From: Octopus bimaculoides
Taxonomy: Eukaryota
Length of the DNA stretch: 64,000 bases
NCBI RefSeq assembly: GCF_001194135.2
Contig: NC_068991.1
Coordinates: forward strand, 36,911,257-36,975,256
Direction: 5' to 3'
Below are positions 39,795 to 53,741 of this stretch, in pieces. The notes under the pieces are model-generated. The model ran no database searches. It saw only the letters and a program-made list of their open reading frames with translations, and was not told where the DNA came from. Positions within the stretch are counted from its first letter, which is position 1; each line of letters opens with the position of its first letter. Made by a program: the position numbers and the translations under genes.

Positions 39795-40145
39795 TAAGGG
39801 CAGCCATTTGGGGAGAGGGGATAAGTCTATTACATTGACGCCAGTGGTTCACCGGTACTTAATTTATCGACCACGAAAGGATGAAAGGCAAAGTCAACCT
39901 CGGCAGAATTTGAACTCAGAACATAAAGACAGACGAAATACCGCTAAACATTTCGCCCGTCGCGCTAACTGTTCTGCCAATTCGCCGCCTTAAATAATAA
40001 CAGTAATAATCATGATTCCAAATTTTCGCACAGGGCCAACAGTTTTTTGAGGGGAAAGATAAGTCAAATACATCAACCACCAGTTCTTGGTGTGGTACTT
40101 ATTTTATCGACCCCGAGAGAACGAACGGCAAAGTTGACCTCAGAA
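39795..40145 (-). mobile_element. Family A SINE, full length (39795-39991), plus a partial copy (40015-40145)
   Basis: Reverse complement of the family A consensus. Confidence 0.88.
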
Positions 40146-40874
40146 AGATGATGATCATGATAACGATGATTATGATGATGACGATGACGATGACGATGAC
40201 GATTGATGACGACGATGATGATGACAACGACGACGACAACGATGTTGATGATTTTTGACAATTGTACATTAGAGGCTTTTATTTTTGTAGGGAACTTGAC
40301 TGCTACATCATGTGATCGATCCCGGTGGAAATAAGAATAAAAGATAACCTCATCTAAACACACACAATAGAAAAAGAACATTTAATGTGCTGGTGATGTA
40401 AACCATTTGGGGCTTAAATGGTCGCATCTCAATTTTACTTATCCGGATTGTTATTTTATTTTCACGCCATAAACGATATGCTTAGGCTCCTCTGATAGAC
40501 TCCCATTCTAAAATTTTCTCTAAGTTGATTGATTAATTCACAAATTTGTGGTCTGGGTAGTCTTCTAGCCAACATTCTAGACATTCTGCTTTCTTCCTTT
40601 TATGTAGTACAACCCAGATGAGCTATTCTAATTTGTCCAAGACCGCACATATATCCGAGAAAGCCTTTCGATATTTGCCAAATAATTGCCGGTTTCAACA
40701 GATTTATGAAAGCCATTTCACTCTGCTATTCTCACACAATTTTAGAGTGTATGTATTATAACATTCTAACTCCTTCACTGATATCTATCTGTCATTCTAT
40801 CTATCTCTCTATTTTATGAATATATGTATGTATGTATGTATGTATGTACGCATGCATGCATGTATGCCTGTGTC

Positions 40875-40918
<44 letters not shown>

Positions 40919-41040
40919 NNNNNNNNNNNNNNNNNNNNNNNNNNNNNNNNNNNNNNNNNNNNNNNNNNNNNNNNNNNNNNNNNNNNNNNNNNNNNNNNNN
41001 NNNNNNNNNNNNNNNNNNNNNNNNNCATATATATATATAT

Positions 41041-41076
<36 letters not shown>

Positions 41077-41636
41077 GGCATCCACCATGTGTTTAAACAG
41101 CAGAGGAGATATCGTTTTCAGCAAGAGATTAAATAAAATTTGCAGCGCACTGTAGATCTGTTGTTCTGCTGATATGAATGAATGCTACAGCAAAGGTCTG
41201 TGACAAAGAAAACATCAATATTCACATGTTATAAAACTCCGATAAAACCTTAATTTAACTGGTATTTAGTGACGTTGATGCGTTATTGTTGTTGTTTAGG
41301 CCAGGGTCAGCATATCATTATAATTATTTTAAACAGCTTTTATAATTGGCTGGCTACATTTTTTCAACCAGACCAGTCACTAGTTTACTGCATTTTTCTT
41401 GATAGCGTGATCAAGTAATATGTTTCGAGCAATTGAACCCTTACCGACGATACTGACGAAAGATGCATCATCATCATCATGACTATGATGCTCCTCCAAC
41501 ACATGACTATGATGCTCCTCCACTACTTCTGCTCGTGATCAGAGATGCACATATCGTCAGCCATCAAGGGACATGCTCAACTGGTTACGGTCAAGCAACT
41601 GACAAGCAAATCTGTGGTACAGAGCAGAATATTTGT

Positions 41637-42107
41637 TAGGTCAGATACATTCTTCTTTGGTAGAGCTTTCATTGACTTCCTCGAGTTTCAGTTGAAAAGG
41701 AAACTGAGAGTGGAGGGGGAAGTGCTGTTCGCGAGTCAGTTTATTGAAAGGTGGGTGAAGGTTGCGAAAATGGCAAGAGTGGATGGTACCTCTCAAAGTG
41801 TAGATCTGTGAGTCGGAGAGAAGGAATTAGAGAGGACACTTGCTCCTGGAGTTTCAGGGAAATATTGGAAAGTGGGGTTCCTCGATCATCCCTAGAGGCC
41901 TTCCTGTATCAGGAGAGCCACATTTCTATCATCTTCCCCGCCATTTTTTAAAACCTTTGTATGGTATGCATATGTCCCTTCTTTTTCGGTGGATACCATG
42001 TATACTAACTTTTTATTATCATTTCATTATTATATGTAAACCCCTACACTTTATGTCTGTCTTTGTATTGTCACCCTCATCTTTCGCCCTCGTGGCAAAT
42101 AAATGAA

Positions 42108-42110
<3 letters not shown>
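41637..42110 (+). mobile_element. 3' end of an L1/Tx1-type LINE with 3' UTR, AATAAA and (ATT)n tail
   Basis: SDTFFFGRAFIDFLEFQLKRKLRVEGEVL..FIERWVKVAKMARVDG*, then the UTR, gcaaataaatg and (ATT)n at 42110-42180. Confidence 0.72.
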
Positions 42111-42157
<47 letters not shown>

Positions 42158-42184
42158 TATCATTGTTATTATTATTATTATTGC

Positions 42185-42548
42185 CTTTGCACAGCTTCTA
42201 ACGCTTGAGTTGTACTACGGTGTCAGCTGTTCATAACCAGTTTGTTTCCTTTCTCAATTAACACTATGGTTGGCTTCTATTCTCTATCTCATTGTTGCAC
42301 TGAATCATAAAATCCCATAGGATCTTTGCATTATTATTTTTGATGATGCCTTCGGGTTTGTGGTCGTACCAATTTTTTGCTCTCTCAAGTCCATAATTAT
42401 TGTAAAGTCTCCAATGGACAAGCCTTGTTATATTGTCGTGGCGTCTCTTATATTCCTTCTGGGTTAGTGGCGTACATTGGCTGGTAATATGCCATACGGT
42501 TTCACCGTTTTATCCAGTTCCTGCACTTATCACTTTCTGATGTGTTGT
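42185..42548 (-). mobile_element. R4/Dong-type RLE LINE fragment in (TAA)n
   Basis: GETVWHITSQCTPLTQKEYKRRHDNITRLVHWRL..WYDHKPEG..KILWDFMIQC. Its 3' terminus is shared with the 43150-43340 copy. Confidence 0.85.
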
Positions 42549-42562
42549 CTATTATTATTATT

Positions 42563-43114
42563 AATGAGTGAGAGAGCAGGGCATGCCATAAAAGTGACAC
42601 TGGAGTAAAATATACGAAGCCCAATATATCCATTATTACTACCCGTCTGATAAGGGTACACTAGGCACATGCATCACAACCATATGTGCGCGACATGGTG
42701 ATCTAATATCAAGATTAACAGCGCATGACCTCACAGGTGGGGCCCAGTTAGAATTTTCTTCAGGTCGGGTAGCCCATCTCGCTCAAAAGGTCATTGAATA
42801 AGGTTTGTTTAAGGATGTTGAGCAAAACACCCATGTTTCCAAAGGTGAATTATTCAAACTCCAAAGAATTCCTCTCAACACATGGCTATGATGCACCCCC
42901 ACTATTTCTGCTCATGATCAGAGATGCACATGTCAGCCACCAAGGGACATGCTCAACTGGTTAAGGTCAAACAACTGACAAGCAAATCTTTGGTATTAAG
43001 CAGAATATTTGCTGTAGCCCATCTTTTATACCAAGACAAAACAACGTACATGATAACACTTCCAATCAATTAAGATCAGAAGCCATGAGAGCCACTGCCT
43101 GGTACTGCATCCGA

Positions 43115-43115
<1 letters not shown>
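42563..43115. mobile_element. Unclassified interspersed repeat of about 550 bp; partial second copy at about 41480-41636
   Basis: The segment gctatgatgc..ccactatttctgctcatgatcagagatgcac..aagggacatgctcaactggtta..gacaagcaaatc occurs in both. Flanked by (ATT)n. Confidence 0.7.
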
Positions 43116-43149
<34 letters not shown>

Positions 43150-43155
<6 letters not shown>

Positions 43156-43324
43156 TATCGTTACACAGCTTCTAACGCTGGAGATGTACTACGGTGCCAG
43201 CTGTTCACTATCAGTGAACTAAGGTAACACCCATTATTTTTTCGAGCATCATTCGGGGTATTCGAGCGGTTCCAAGCAATGCTGTTTTTTGCAAGTGCAT
43301 CATTATTATTATTATTATTATTAC

Positions 43325-43340
<16 letters not shown>
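43150..43340 (-). mobile_element. 3' end of a Dong-type RLE LINE, flanked by (TAA)n on both sides
   Basis: LQKTALLGTARIPRMML, then the 3' UTR tgaacagctggcaccgtagtacatctccagcgttagaagctgtg. Confidence 0.8.
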
Positions 43341-43367
<27 letters not shown>

Positions 43368-43369
43368 GT

Positions 43370-43612
43370 GAGGGCGCATAGCTTAGTGATTTCAATTCCT
43401 GGACCTGCTGGTGCGTTGTGTTCTTGAGCGAAACACTTCATTTCGCGTTGCTCTGCGATCACTCCGATGCCTGACGCGTGGTATACAATGCACCTGTTGA
43501 GACAACGTTGATTTGATGGAGAGGGTGAGCTAATGTGCAGCACAAACATTTGTGTGCAGGTCGTTCGGCAAAAGTTGAACGCTCATACATCGTGTTCGAC
43601 AGGAGAGTCCAT
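43370..43612 (+). mobile_element. Family C-related SINE; further relatives at 46205-46445 (-) and 49735-49945 (-)
   Basis: Shared tgcgttgtgttcttgagc(a/g)aaacact..tttc(a/g)cgttgctc body downstream of a tRNA-like head. Confidence 0.65.
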
Positions 43613-43623
43613 CATTATTATTA

Positions 43624-43838
43624 AGACATCAAGCTGGCAGAATCGTTAGCACGCTGGACGAAATGCTTAGCAGTATTTCATTCATCACTACGTTCTGAGT
43701 TCAAATTCTCCTGAGGTTCACTTTGCCTTTCATCCTTCCGGGGTCGATGAAACAAGTACCAGTTGAGCACTGGGGGTCGATGTAATCGACTAGTCCCACT
43801 CCCACCAAATTTCAGGCCTTGTGCCTATAGTAGAACGG

Positions 43839-43901
<63 letters not shown>

Positions 43902-46900
43902 GTTATTATTATCATCATCATCATTTTTATCATCATCATTATTATTTGACCTTTCTTACGGCTTTACATTCTGAGTTCAAATGCCGCCGAAGTCGACTTT
44001 GCCTTTCATTCTTCCAAGGTCGATGAAAACTAAATGCCAATTGAGAACTGGGATCGATGAAATCGATTACTTTGCTTCCCCCAAACTTCAAGCTTTGTGC
44101 TTATAATAGAGAGATTATCATTTTATCTATTTTCCAAAGGCCACAGACCTTAGAGCATCGGGAAAGAAAGAACACTTTGCAGTATTTCTTCAGACTCTTT
44201 ATGAGTTCAAACCCCAGCGATGTCCTCCTTCCGGAATTGGTAAAATAAAGTACCAGTCATGTACTGGGATCGATTGTATCAACTAACACTCCTACACAAA
44301 CCTTTTGATATCAAGCCTATATAAGGAACCATTTAAAGGGGCAAAGAGCTGGCAGAATAGTTAGAGCGTCGGCTAATATGCTTTGCTGTTTTGTGCATCG
44401 TTTCAGGGTCGATGAAAAAAGTACCAGTTTAATGTTGGGGTTCATTTAAGCGTCTTTGCTCTAAATTACTGGCATTGCGCCTAAATCAGAAACAAGTGTT
44501 ACTTCCTACTTCCAGCTGAGCAGGTTTCCTTCCGTAGCTACTAGTTCGTTTTTTAATGGCGGTGTCGGAGATTGCAGACTTCATCATCATCACCATCACC
44601 ATCATCACCACCACCAACAATATCAACAACTATACATCAGCAGAACTACCAGCGCCACTTCCATTCGCCAAAACAATTTCGTAAACAATTTTTTTATTCC
44701 TTTCCATTTAGGTTAATCAATATAAAAAAAAAGAGAGAGAGAGATTATGTTCTTATTGAGAGTTTTGACTATTTTCTTTTAATATTTTGTTGTCTATGAT
44801 GCATACTTTGTTTATATTTCAATATTCTTCACGTTGTTCATGTTGTTGTTGCTGCTTTTGCTGTTGCTTGGGTTGTTTATGCTAGCGATGTTGTTTTTGC
44901 TGTAGTTGCCTATGTCATCTGTTATTGTTGTTGTCTTTGTTTTTGTTGTTGCTTAGCAATATTGTGGCAGACCTACGATCAAAGTTTTCCAGTCTTGAGT
45001 AGAAGCACGTGGTCCAGTGTGCCCTGCTTCTCTTTAAGGCAGTAGCGTGTGATCTGAAGGAAATTCATGGGTTATTTCTTGCAGGAAGATACATTGGGTG
45101 TTCCTTCGTTGACTTGTTGTTGTTGAACTCCGGGGCCGCCTTGATACAGTAGACCAATTATCAAATGCATTGCATATGACCATATCGTCTGATTTGTTCT
45201 TTTTAGATATTTGGATATGATTTGAAGAAATTTTGCTACTATTTTAGCAAAATGGAAAACAACGAAGAGCCTCCTTCGTTGTTCGTATTAATAGCTCTTA
45301 CAGTATTATTGTTGTTGTTACTGTGGTGGAACTACATTATTGTTGTTATTATTGTTTCAGTTGGATTAATTCTTAATCTATGCCGCAATCATTTTTTTGT
45401 TATTACTGATATAGGGAAGACGGTGAACTGGCAGAATCTTTAGCGTCCCGGGTACAAAGCTTAGCAGCATCTTCTTGTTCTGTGTTCAAATTTCACCGAG
45501 GTTGACTTTGCCTTTTGTCCTTTCGGATTCGATAAAATGAGTACCAGTTGAGCACTGGGGTCGACGTAATCGACTTACCTCTCCCACAAAATTGCTGGCA
45601 TTGTGCCAAAATTTGAAACCATTATTGACATAGGGACATGCGCTGGTGTGGGTGGGGGAATATAGTTGATTGGTAATCATTTTAACCAATCCGGAATGCT
45701 AAAAGGCAATAAAGTCAACATAGATAGAGTTTGGACTTAGAGCGTAAAGAGGTGTATCATTTTGTCTGGTGCGTTAAAACTTTTATCCAATCCCCGCCTT
45801 CAATTATATTAATTTTTTAAAATTTTGTCACAAAGTCAGCGATTTTAGCGGTAGGAGTCAAGTAGATTACAAGTACCCCAATACCTGACTGGTACTTTAT
45901 TTTATCGCCTGCAAAAGGATGAAAGATAAAGTTAACAACGGCGGGTTTTTTTAAAATCAGAACGTAAAGAGCCGGAAGATACATCGCTAATAATAATTCT
46001 TCCTGCATTAGGCATAAAGCCTGAAATTTCGTGATAGGGGGCTAGTCGATTACATCGACCCCCAATTCTCAACCGGTGCTTATTTTATTCACCTCGAAAG
46101 GGTGAAAGGCAAGACCTCAGCAGCATTTGAACTCAGAACATAATGAGTCAGAAGAAATGCTGCTAAGCATTTTGTCCGACGCCATCACGATTCTGCCAAC
46201 AGTCCTTCCCTTGTCCACAGGCTCTTAAGGCCGGTTTTCCTGATTCTGTGGCGTATATATATATTACCTCTCTGGATGAGACGCCGGTGCGTTGTAGGAT
46301 TACTCATCTTTGCCAGCTGAGTGAACTGGGGAAACGTGAAACGTAGTATTTTGCTCAAGAAAACAACGCATCGCTCGGTCCAGGGACCGAAAGCACAATC
46401 TTAAAATAATGAGTGCAACAATTTAACCACTAAGACACGTACCTCCACTAAATAGCACCGAGAGATGTGACAGGGTGACGCCGTAGTAGATGTTCTAGAC
46501 CACGACCATGTTGTCTTCTGTACTAGACCACGACCATATTCTTTTCTACTCTAGGCACAAGGCCCGAAATTTTGGGGGAGGGGCCAGTCGATTGGATCGA
46601 CCCCAGTACACAACTGGTACATAATTTATCGACCCCGAAAGGGTGAAAGGCAAAGTCGACCTCGGCGGGTACTACACCACGACCATATTGCCTACTCTGT
46701 ACTAGATCACGACCATGTTGCTTACACCATCCTACTACGACGTCACCCTGTCACATCTCTCTGTACTAGACCACGACACATGTTGCCAGAGATACACGAA
46801 TATCTTTTACTCCACTAAATAATCTTTCTTTGTTTTGGTACAAAGCCAGCAATTTTGAGGGGCAGGGAAATCGATTACATCGATTCCAGTGCTTGACCGG

Positions 46901-47760
46901 TATCTATTTTATTGACCCCGAAAGGATGAAAGCCAGAGTCGACATCAGTGATATTCAAACTCCGATCGTAAGGAGCTGGAAGAAATACCGCAAAGCATTT
47001 TGTCCGTGTGATAACGATTCTGCCAGCTTGCACCTTGCCTTCAATAACAATAATTATTATTGTAATGACTAAGGCAGNNNNNNNNNNNNNNNNNNNNNNN
47101 NNNNNNNNNNNNNNNNNNNNNNNNNNNNNNNNNNNNNNNNNNNNNNNNNNNNNNNNNNNNNNNNNNNNNNNNNNNNNNNNNNNNNNNNNNNNNNNNNNNN
47201 NNNNNNNNNNNNNNNNNNNNNNNNNNNNNNNNNNNNNNNNNNNNNNNNNNNNNNNNNNNNNNNNNNNNNNNNNNNNNNNNNNNNNNNNNNNNNNNNNNNN
47301 NNNNNNNNNNNNNNNNNNNNNNNNNNNNNNNNNNNNNNNNNNNNNNNNNNNNNNNNNNNNNNNNNNNNNNNNNNNNNNNNNNNNNNNNNNNNNNNNNNNN
47401 NNNNNNNNAATTTCTCCGAGGTCGACTATGCCTTTCATCCTATTGGTGTCGATGTGTACATTTAAGTACTGGAATAGATGTAATCAACTAGCCCCTCTCT
47501 CAAATTTCAGGCCTTGTGCTTATTGTAGAAAGGATTAATATTATAATGACAGTAAGAGCAGCAGAAACAATAATAATAATAATCCTTCTATAGGCTTGAA
47601 ATTTGGTGGAGGGGACTAGTCGATTACATCGACTCCAGTGTTTCCCTGGTACTTAATTTATCGACACTGAAAGGATGAAAAGCAAAGTCGACCTCGGCGG
47701 AATTTGAGCTCAGAACGCAGCGACGAGCGAAATACCGCTAAGTGTTTCGTACCACAGCCA
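43624..47760. mobile_element. Dense cluster of about 11 family A SINE copies in both orientations
   Basis: Plus copies at about 43624-43838, 43935-44115, 44150-44330, 44338-44490, 45412-45620 and 47410-47535. Minus copies at about 45830-45975, 46000-46200, 46540-46670, 46830-47040 and 47580-47760. Confidence 0.85.
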
Positions 47761-48484
47761 ACAATAGCTAAAAAAAAAAGCAAAAAACTCTCCTCTTAAA
47801 CAGTATCATTTGCTCAAATAATAGGGTCATGGAAAAGATTCCTTGAAGAATCGAAAGCCGAGTGCAGAAAAATGCACAGAATGAATATCGTGGGACCAGG
47901 CATGATATCTCGTCTGGAGCAACAGTTGCACGGCGCTGAAGACCGGCCAACCGGAAGCTTGGGTAAGACATCAAAGAACTCACCAACTACCCACCCTTGC
48001 CCAACCACATTGTCAAACTCATGTTGAGGATAAAGTACTAGTCAAATCCTGGGACAGATATAATCGGTTAACCCCTCCCCTCAATTTTCTGGCTTTATTC
48101 AATTGACAGTGGATAAACAGAACGAAATGCATTGCGGTATTTGTTTCGGTATTTGTTTCGTATCGAGGATATAATACCGTATTTCCTGTTTGTAACGTAT
48201 GTAACGAAAGGAGTGAAAGGAGTTATTTCCCTGTGATTGTTTAAGAGGAAGACAAAGGAGGTAGAGGAGGAGGCGGGTGGGAAACAGGCGGAGAGAGGGA
48301 GAGAAATAGCAGAAAACTGAAATAAGAGAATAAAAAACGGAATCTAAGCAGAAAAAGGGAACGAATTAAGAACAAATGCTTTAATTCCTATTTTCTTTCA
48401 TTTCAGGTGTCTTCTGCTATAGCCTCGGGTCGACCAAAGCCTTGTGAGTGAATTTGGTAGACGGAAACTGAAAGAAGCCCGTCG

Positions 48485-48531
<47 letters not shown>

Positions 48532-50303
48532 NNNNNNNNNNNNNNNNNNNNNNNNNNNNNNNNNNNNNNNNNNNNNNNNNNNNNNNNNNNNNNNNNNNNN
48601 NNNNNNNNNNNNNNNNNNNNNNNNNNNNNNNNNNNNNNNNNNNNNNNNNNNNNNNNNNNNNNNNNNNNNNNNNNNNNNNNNNNNNNNNNNNNNNNNNNNN
48701 NNNNNNNNNNNNNNNNNNNNNNNNNNNNNNNNNNNNNNNNNNNNNNNNNNNNNNNNNNNNNNNNNNNNNNNNNNNNNNNNNNNNNNNNNNNNNNNNNNNN
48801 NNNNNNNNNNNNNNNNNNNNNNNNNNNNNNNNNNNNNNNNNNNNNNNNNNNNNNNNNNNNNNNNNNNNNNNNNNNNNNNNNNNNNNNNNNNNNNNNNNNN
48901 NNNNNNNNNNNNNNNNNNNNNNNNNNNNNNNNNNNNNNNNNNNNNNNNNNNNNNNNNNNNNNNNNNNNNNNNNNNNNNNNNNNNNNNNNNNNNNNNNNNN
49001 NNNNNNNNNNNNNNNNNNNNNNNNNNNNNNNNNNNNNNNNNNNNNNNNNNNNNNNNNNNNNNNNNNNNNNNNNNNNNNNNNNNNNNNNNNNNNNNNNNNN
49101 NNNNNNNNNNNNNNNNNNNNNNNNNNNNNNNNNNNNNNNNNNNNNNNNNNNNNNNNNNNNNNNNNNNNNNNNNNNNNNNNNNNNNTGTGTGTGTGTGTGT
49201 GTGTGTGTGTTCGTTTGTTTTTGAATTTATGTGTGTCCTTGCATATGTATGGATATGTGTGTGGCATACATATGTATATGACATGTCTGAGCGTGTGTGT
49301 ATATACCCGTTCACGAACCTTCTCTTTCTATTGGGTAGGTACTTATTTCTTGTATTCCTGTTCACAACAGTCTGTGTATCACATGTAACCGTCTTGACTG
49401 TGGAGATTCAACTCAGCACTGTAACAAAATACTCAGTATTTTAAGAAGTTTATGCTGCTTACAGTTACAGCGGTGAATTATAATTATGGCGTGAGAGAAG
49501 GTTTATTTGGATTCTTTTTTTCAAAATACTGTCGTGTGATTGGAAAAAGAGAGACTGTTCACATGAAAGCCTATATCTCTCAGTAACTTAGCAAGAAAAA
49601 TACTTTGCAACTTTTACAAATGTTCCATGAAAAGTGTATTTTCATTAACACTGTCCAAACAAACGACGCTGTGATATGTTCATAAGTCACTTAAGGCTTT
49701 GAAATAAAGTTACCTCCTCGAGTTATACCGACTCATAAGCACCGGTTTCCCAGTTTCATAGCATATAAATTCCCCGCCGGGACGGGACGCCGGTCCAGCG
49801 CAGGATTATTCATTTTTGCCAGCTGAGTGAACTGGAGTAACGTGAAAAGAAGTGTTTTGCTCAAGAATGCAACGCGTCGCCCGGTCCAAGAATCGAAACC
49901 ACAATCTTACGATCATGAGTCTAACACCCAAACCACTAACGTTAAATAAGGTTAAAGAATCGAATCCACATCACATAATAACATTACGCCACAGCTTTTT
50001 GACCTCAGCTCATCCTGCTCTAGTCAATATTATTCCAAAAGAAATCAAGAAAGGAAAAATCTCCATTCAAATAGTCTCTGGACAAATTCCACCAATAAAT
50101 ACCAGACGAACCGCCAACAACGGGATAATTTCAATAAACAGCAAATGCCTACTCGAGTAGGCTATGGTATCCTAAAACACGACTTCAAATGAAACACTAG
50201 GTAGTACAATTAAGTTAGAGACGGTGTCCAAGTTCAATACACGCACACATACACACACACATACCCTTATTCATAGAAATAGATAGATAGATAGATAGAT
50301 AGG

Positions 50304-50341
<38 letters not shown>

Positions 50342-50391
50342 CATACATACATACATACATACATACATACATACATACATACATACATACA

Positions 50392-51213
50392 TAGGCTTCT
50401 CAAAACCAGAAAGGTGAAAACTGATTGGAAGATTACAGATCCAAGCTATGACTAAACCTGTAAAAGTCTGTAAAACTTTCCAGAAGTTTATCATTTAAGT
50501 ATATATGAGCATGTCTAGATATGCAACTATATGCGTGAGAAGACATACATAAAACAAAACATACAAATCTGTACATAGACATACATACATACATACATAC
50601 ATACATACATACATACATACAGTGAAAACCTCAATAAAATGCAAACATAATAGTCCTGTCTATTTGGGACAAGGATGAGAAACAGTGTACAATTTTGGAA
50701 ATAAGCTACCCTGTAGATGTTAGCATAAAACTAAAGATCAGTTAGACAGAAAATACCTACGCTGAACTATTGAGAAATCTACAGTTTCTCTATCCAGATT
50801 ACAAGTTCAGGTTTATACTTGTAATTCTTGGAGCACTGGGATATGGAACACATTGCCTAAATACCAATCCTGAGAAACTAGGCTTCTCAAAACCAGAAAG
50901 GGGAAAGCTGATTCGAAGACTACAGATCCAAGCCATCACTGGAACTGTAAACATTTGTAAAACTTTCCAGAAGTTTATCATTTAAGTATAAATGAGCATG
51001 TCTAGATATGCATGTATATGCGTGAGAAGACATACGTAAAACAAGACATACAGTCTGCACATGCACTGATTCCAAATAATGCACATATATACGCATACAT
51101 GCAAAAATACCCGATTGATGTTGCTGAAATTCATATGACGGAGCCTTGGATCTAGGTTAGAAACCGGCTCTTTCTTTATTGGCAAGAAATCTTGAAATAA
51201 GACCGAATAATGA
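50392..51213 (+). mobile_element. Two tandem 5'-truncated RLE-LINE 3' ends (50392-50577, 50621-51213) embedded in (TACA)n
   Basis: LRNLQFLYPDYKFRFILVILGALGYG..EKLGFSKPERGKLIRRLQIQAITGTVNICKTFQKFII*, with an upstream EISYPVDVSIKLK RLE-like motif and a shared 3' UTR. Confidence 0.82.
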
Positions 51214-51624
51214 CATACATACATTCATGCATGCATGCATACATACATACATACATACATACATACATGCATACATACATACATACAAACATACGTACAT
51301 ACGTACATACATACATACATACATACATGGTGGCTAGCAACTCGTAAACGAGTATGAACCATCACTGACAATTTACCTTCTCCCAGATGTTAAATATAAT
51401 GGCTGACAGCAATACCCGTGCTGAAGGCAGTAACAGCATGCACAACAGCCTAAAACTCTCACCAACAAATCCAGGAACAAGATCTTCTGCGAGTGATATT
51501 TCGGAATTTCCTTAAAACAAAGACTAGCAGTCTCTCACTCACAACTACTGAGTTCATCTGCCCTTTGACACATTTTTTTATTCCGTCCTACAGGATGTCC
51601 AATGAATACTCCTTTCCTTAGACA

Positions 51625-51627
51625 GAA

Positions 51628-51671
<44 letters not shown>

Positions 51672-51760
51672 CAGAAAGAAAGAAAGAAAGAAATAAAGTG
51701 AAAAAGAAAAAAAGAAAGTGAAAAGGAAAGAAAGAAAGTGAAAAGGAAATAAAGAAAGCT
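51625..51760. repeat. (GAAA)n tetranucleotide repeat
   Basis: Directly visible. Confidence 0.9.
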
Positions 51761-52363
51761 TAGGTGTATGAGTAAAGTGAAAGAAGGAATTATTATTGTT
51801 GTTGAAATGAAACCAGCGACTGACGAAGTCTGGCTGGAAGCAGACGTTCCCCTCTGCCGTACGGTTCAGTTATTTTGTCGATAAATCACTATTTCATGCT
51901 GTATCGTATAGCCACCTCTTCCAGCCCTTCGCACTGCCGGGAGAGAAGCAAATTGTCAACATGTTCTACGTAATCACGCAACAGACACTGACTTCTCTCT
52001 GATTGTTACTGTTGTTGCTGATGATGACGATGCGTTTCCTGTTGATTCTGTCGTTGTTATTGCTGTTGCTTCTGCTGCTGTTGTTGCTGCTGCTGCTGCT
52101 GCTGTTACTGTTGCTGTTGTTTTATTGTTGTTTTTGTTGTTGTTGTTGTGGTGGTGGTGGTGGTGGTAACTTTAACAAATCGAAATTTGTGTAAGGTGTC
52201 AGCAGCAATAATTAGCAGCCCCCATACCCCACCCCTTGAAAAGAACGCGGGCGAAACAAGAAAAACAAAATCATTCGTTCTTCGTAAACAAGCATATTAT
52301 CACAACTCATCTCATGTTCGTATGTTTACTTCACCTTATACGTTTTAATCCTAATCCCATTCC

Positions 52364-52425
<62 letters not shown>

Positions 52426-53672
52426 NNNNNNNNNNNNNNNNNNNNNNNNNNNNNNNNNNNNNNNNNNNNNNNNNNNNNNNNNNNNNNNNNNNNNNNNNNN
52501 NNNNNNNNNNNNNNNNNNNNNNNNNNNNNNNNNNNNNNNNNNNNNNNNNNNNNNNNNNNNNNNNNNNNNNNNNNNNNNNNNNNNNNNNNNNNNNNNNNNN
52601 NNNNNNNNNNNNNNNNNNNNNNNNNNNNNNNNNNNNNNNNNNNNNNNNNNNNNNNNNNNNNNNNNNNNNNNNNNNNNNNNNNNNNNNNNNNNNNNNNNNN
52701 NNNTGTGTGTGTGTGTGTGTCTGTGTCTGTGTGTGTATGCGTATGTGTGCGTGCGTAGTGATGTGTGTGTATCGTGTGAGTACATATAAGCATACATACG
52801 TACATATATACATATATATTTTGTTCCAAAAAGAATATTCATACATACACACATACACACACACGTACATACACTCACATACACACGTGTGTACAAATAT
52901 ATAAAGTAATTTTTCTTGCTTTCCAGTTATTAATTCTGTAACTAGATATAAAGTTTTAAAATGTAGACGCGCTTAGTATAAACAAATAATTTCTAACTTT
53001 GGCCCAAGACTATATTTTTTCTAATTAAAAATGTATGTAGTTAATTAATTAGTCCCAATAGTTTATTGATAATTAGTTTCTGAACTATAGAAAGGGTTAA
53101 ATGGAAAGTTGATTCACGCTGGGCTTAAATACTGAGCGAGAGTCATTTTATCCGCTACCCAACAAATTTTGAACGAAAGATCAGTAAACCCCATCCATCA
53201 TCCCAGTACTTGAATGTTACTTTATTTGAACCCAGAAAGATGAAGGTAAAGAAGCATTACCTTTTGACTTTTACTTTTTACTTGTTTCAGTCATTAGACT
53301 GCGGCCATAAAGTCCTGTTAGTGTAAATATATGTTTAACTTACATGGAATTACGCAAGATTGCAGCTAAGGACTTAAGGACTTATTTCAACAAGATCGGA
53401 ATTTGAACTGTGAACTTTTATGCTTCCTTTCTCTTCTCTTTCTTCATCTCCTTATTCCATTACACCTGTCTTCTATGTCGTCATTTCATTAATCTATACC
53501 CTTTTCATTTTCCCTATTTGTCTCCGTTGACGGAACATCCCACACTTTGGGATATTTCAGAAACAGCTTTAAGACATTGAATCTTTTTTCCAATAATAAT
53601 AATGAATATGACTTGAGATGTTTGCCATGCCTTAACGTTTGTTGCCTTCTTTAACAATTATATGTATGTATG

Positions 53673-53741
<69 letters not shown>

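Noticed and set aside
51800-52330. CpG-richer unique sequence with (GCT/GTT)n, a possible 5' UTR
   Set aside because: All frames close quickly and there are no convincing promoter or splice signals.
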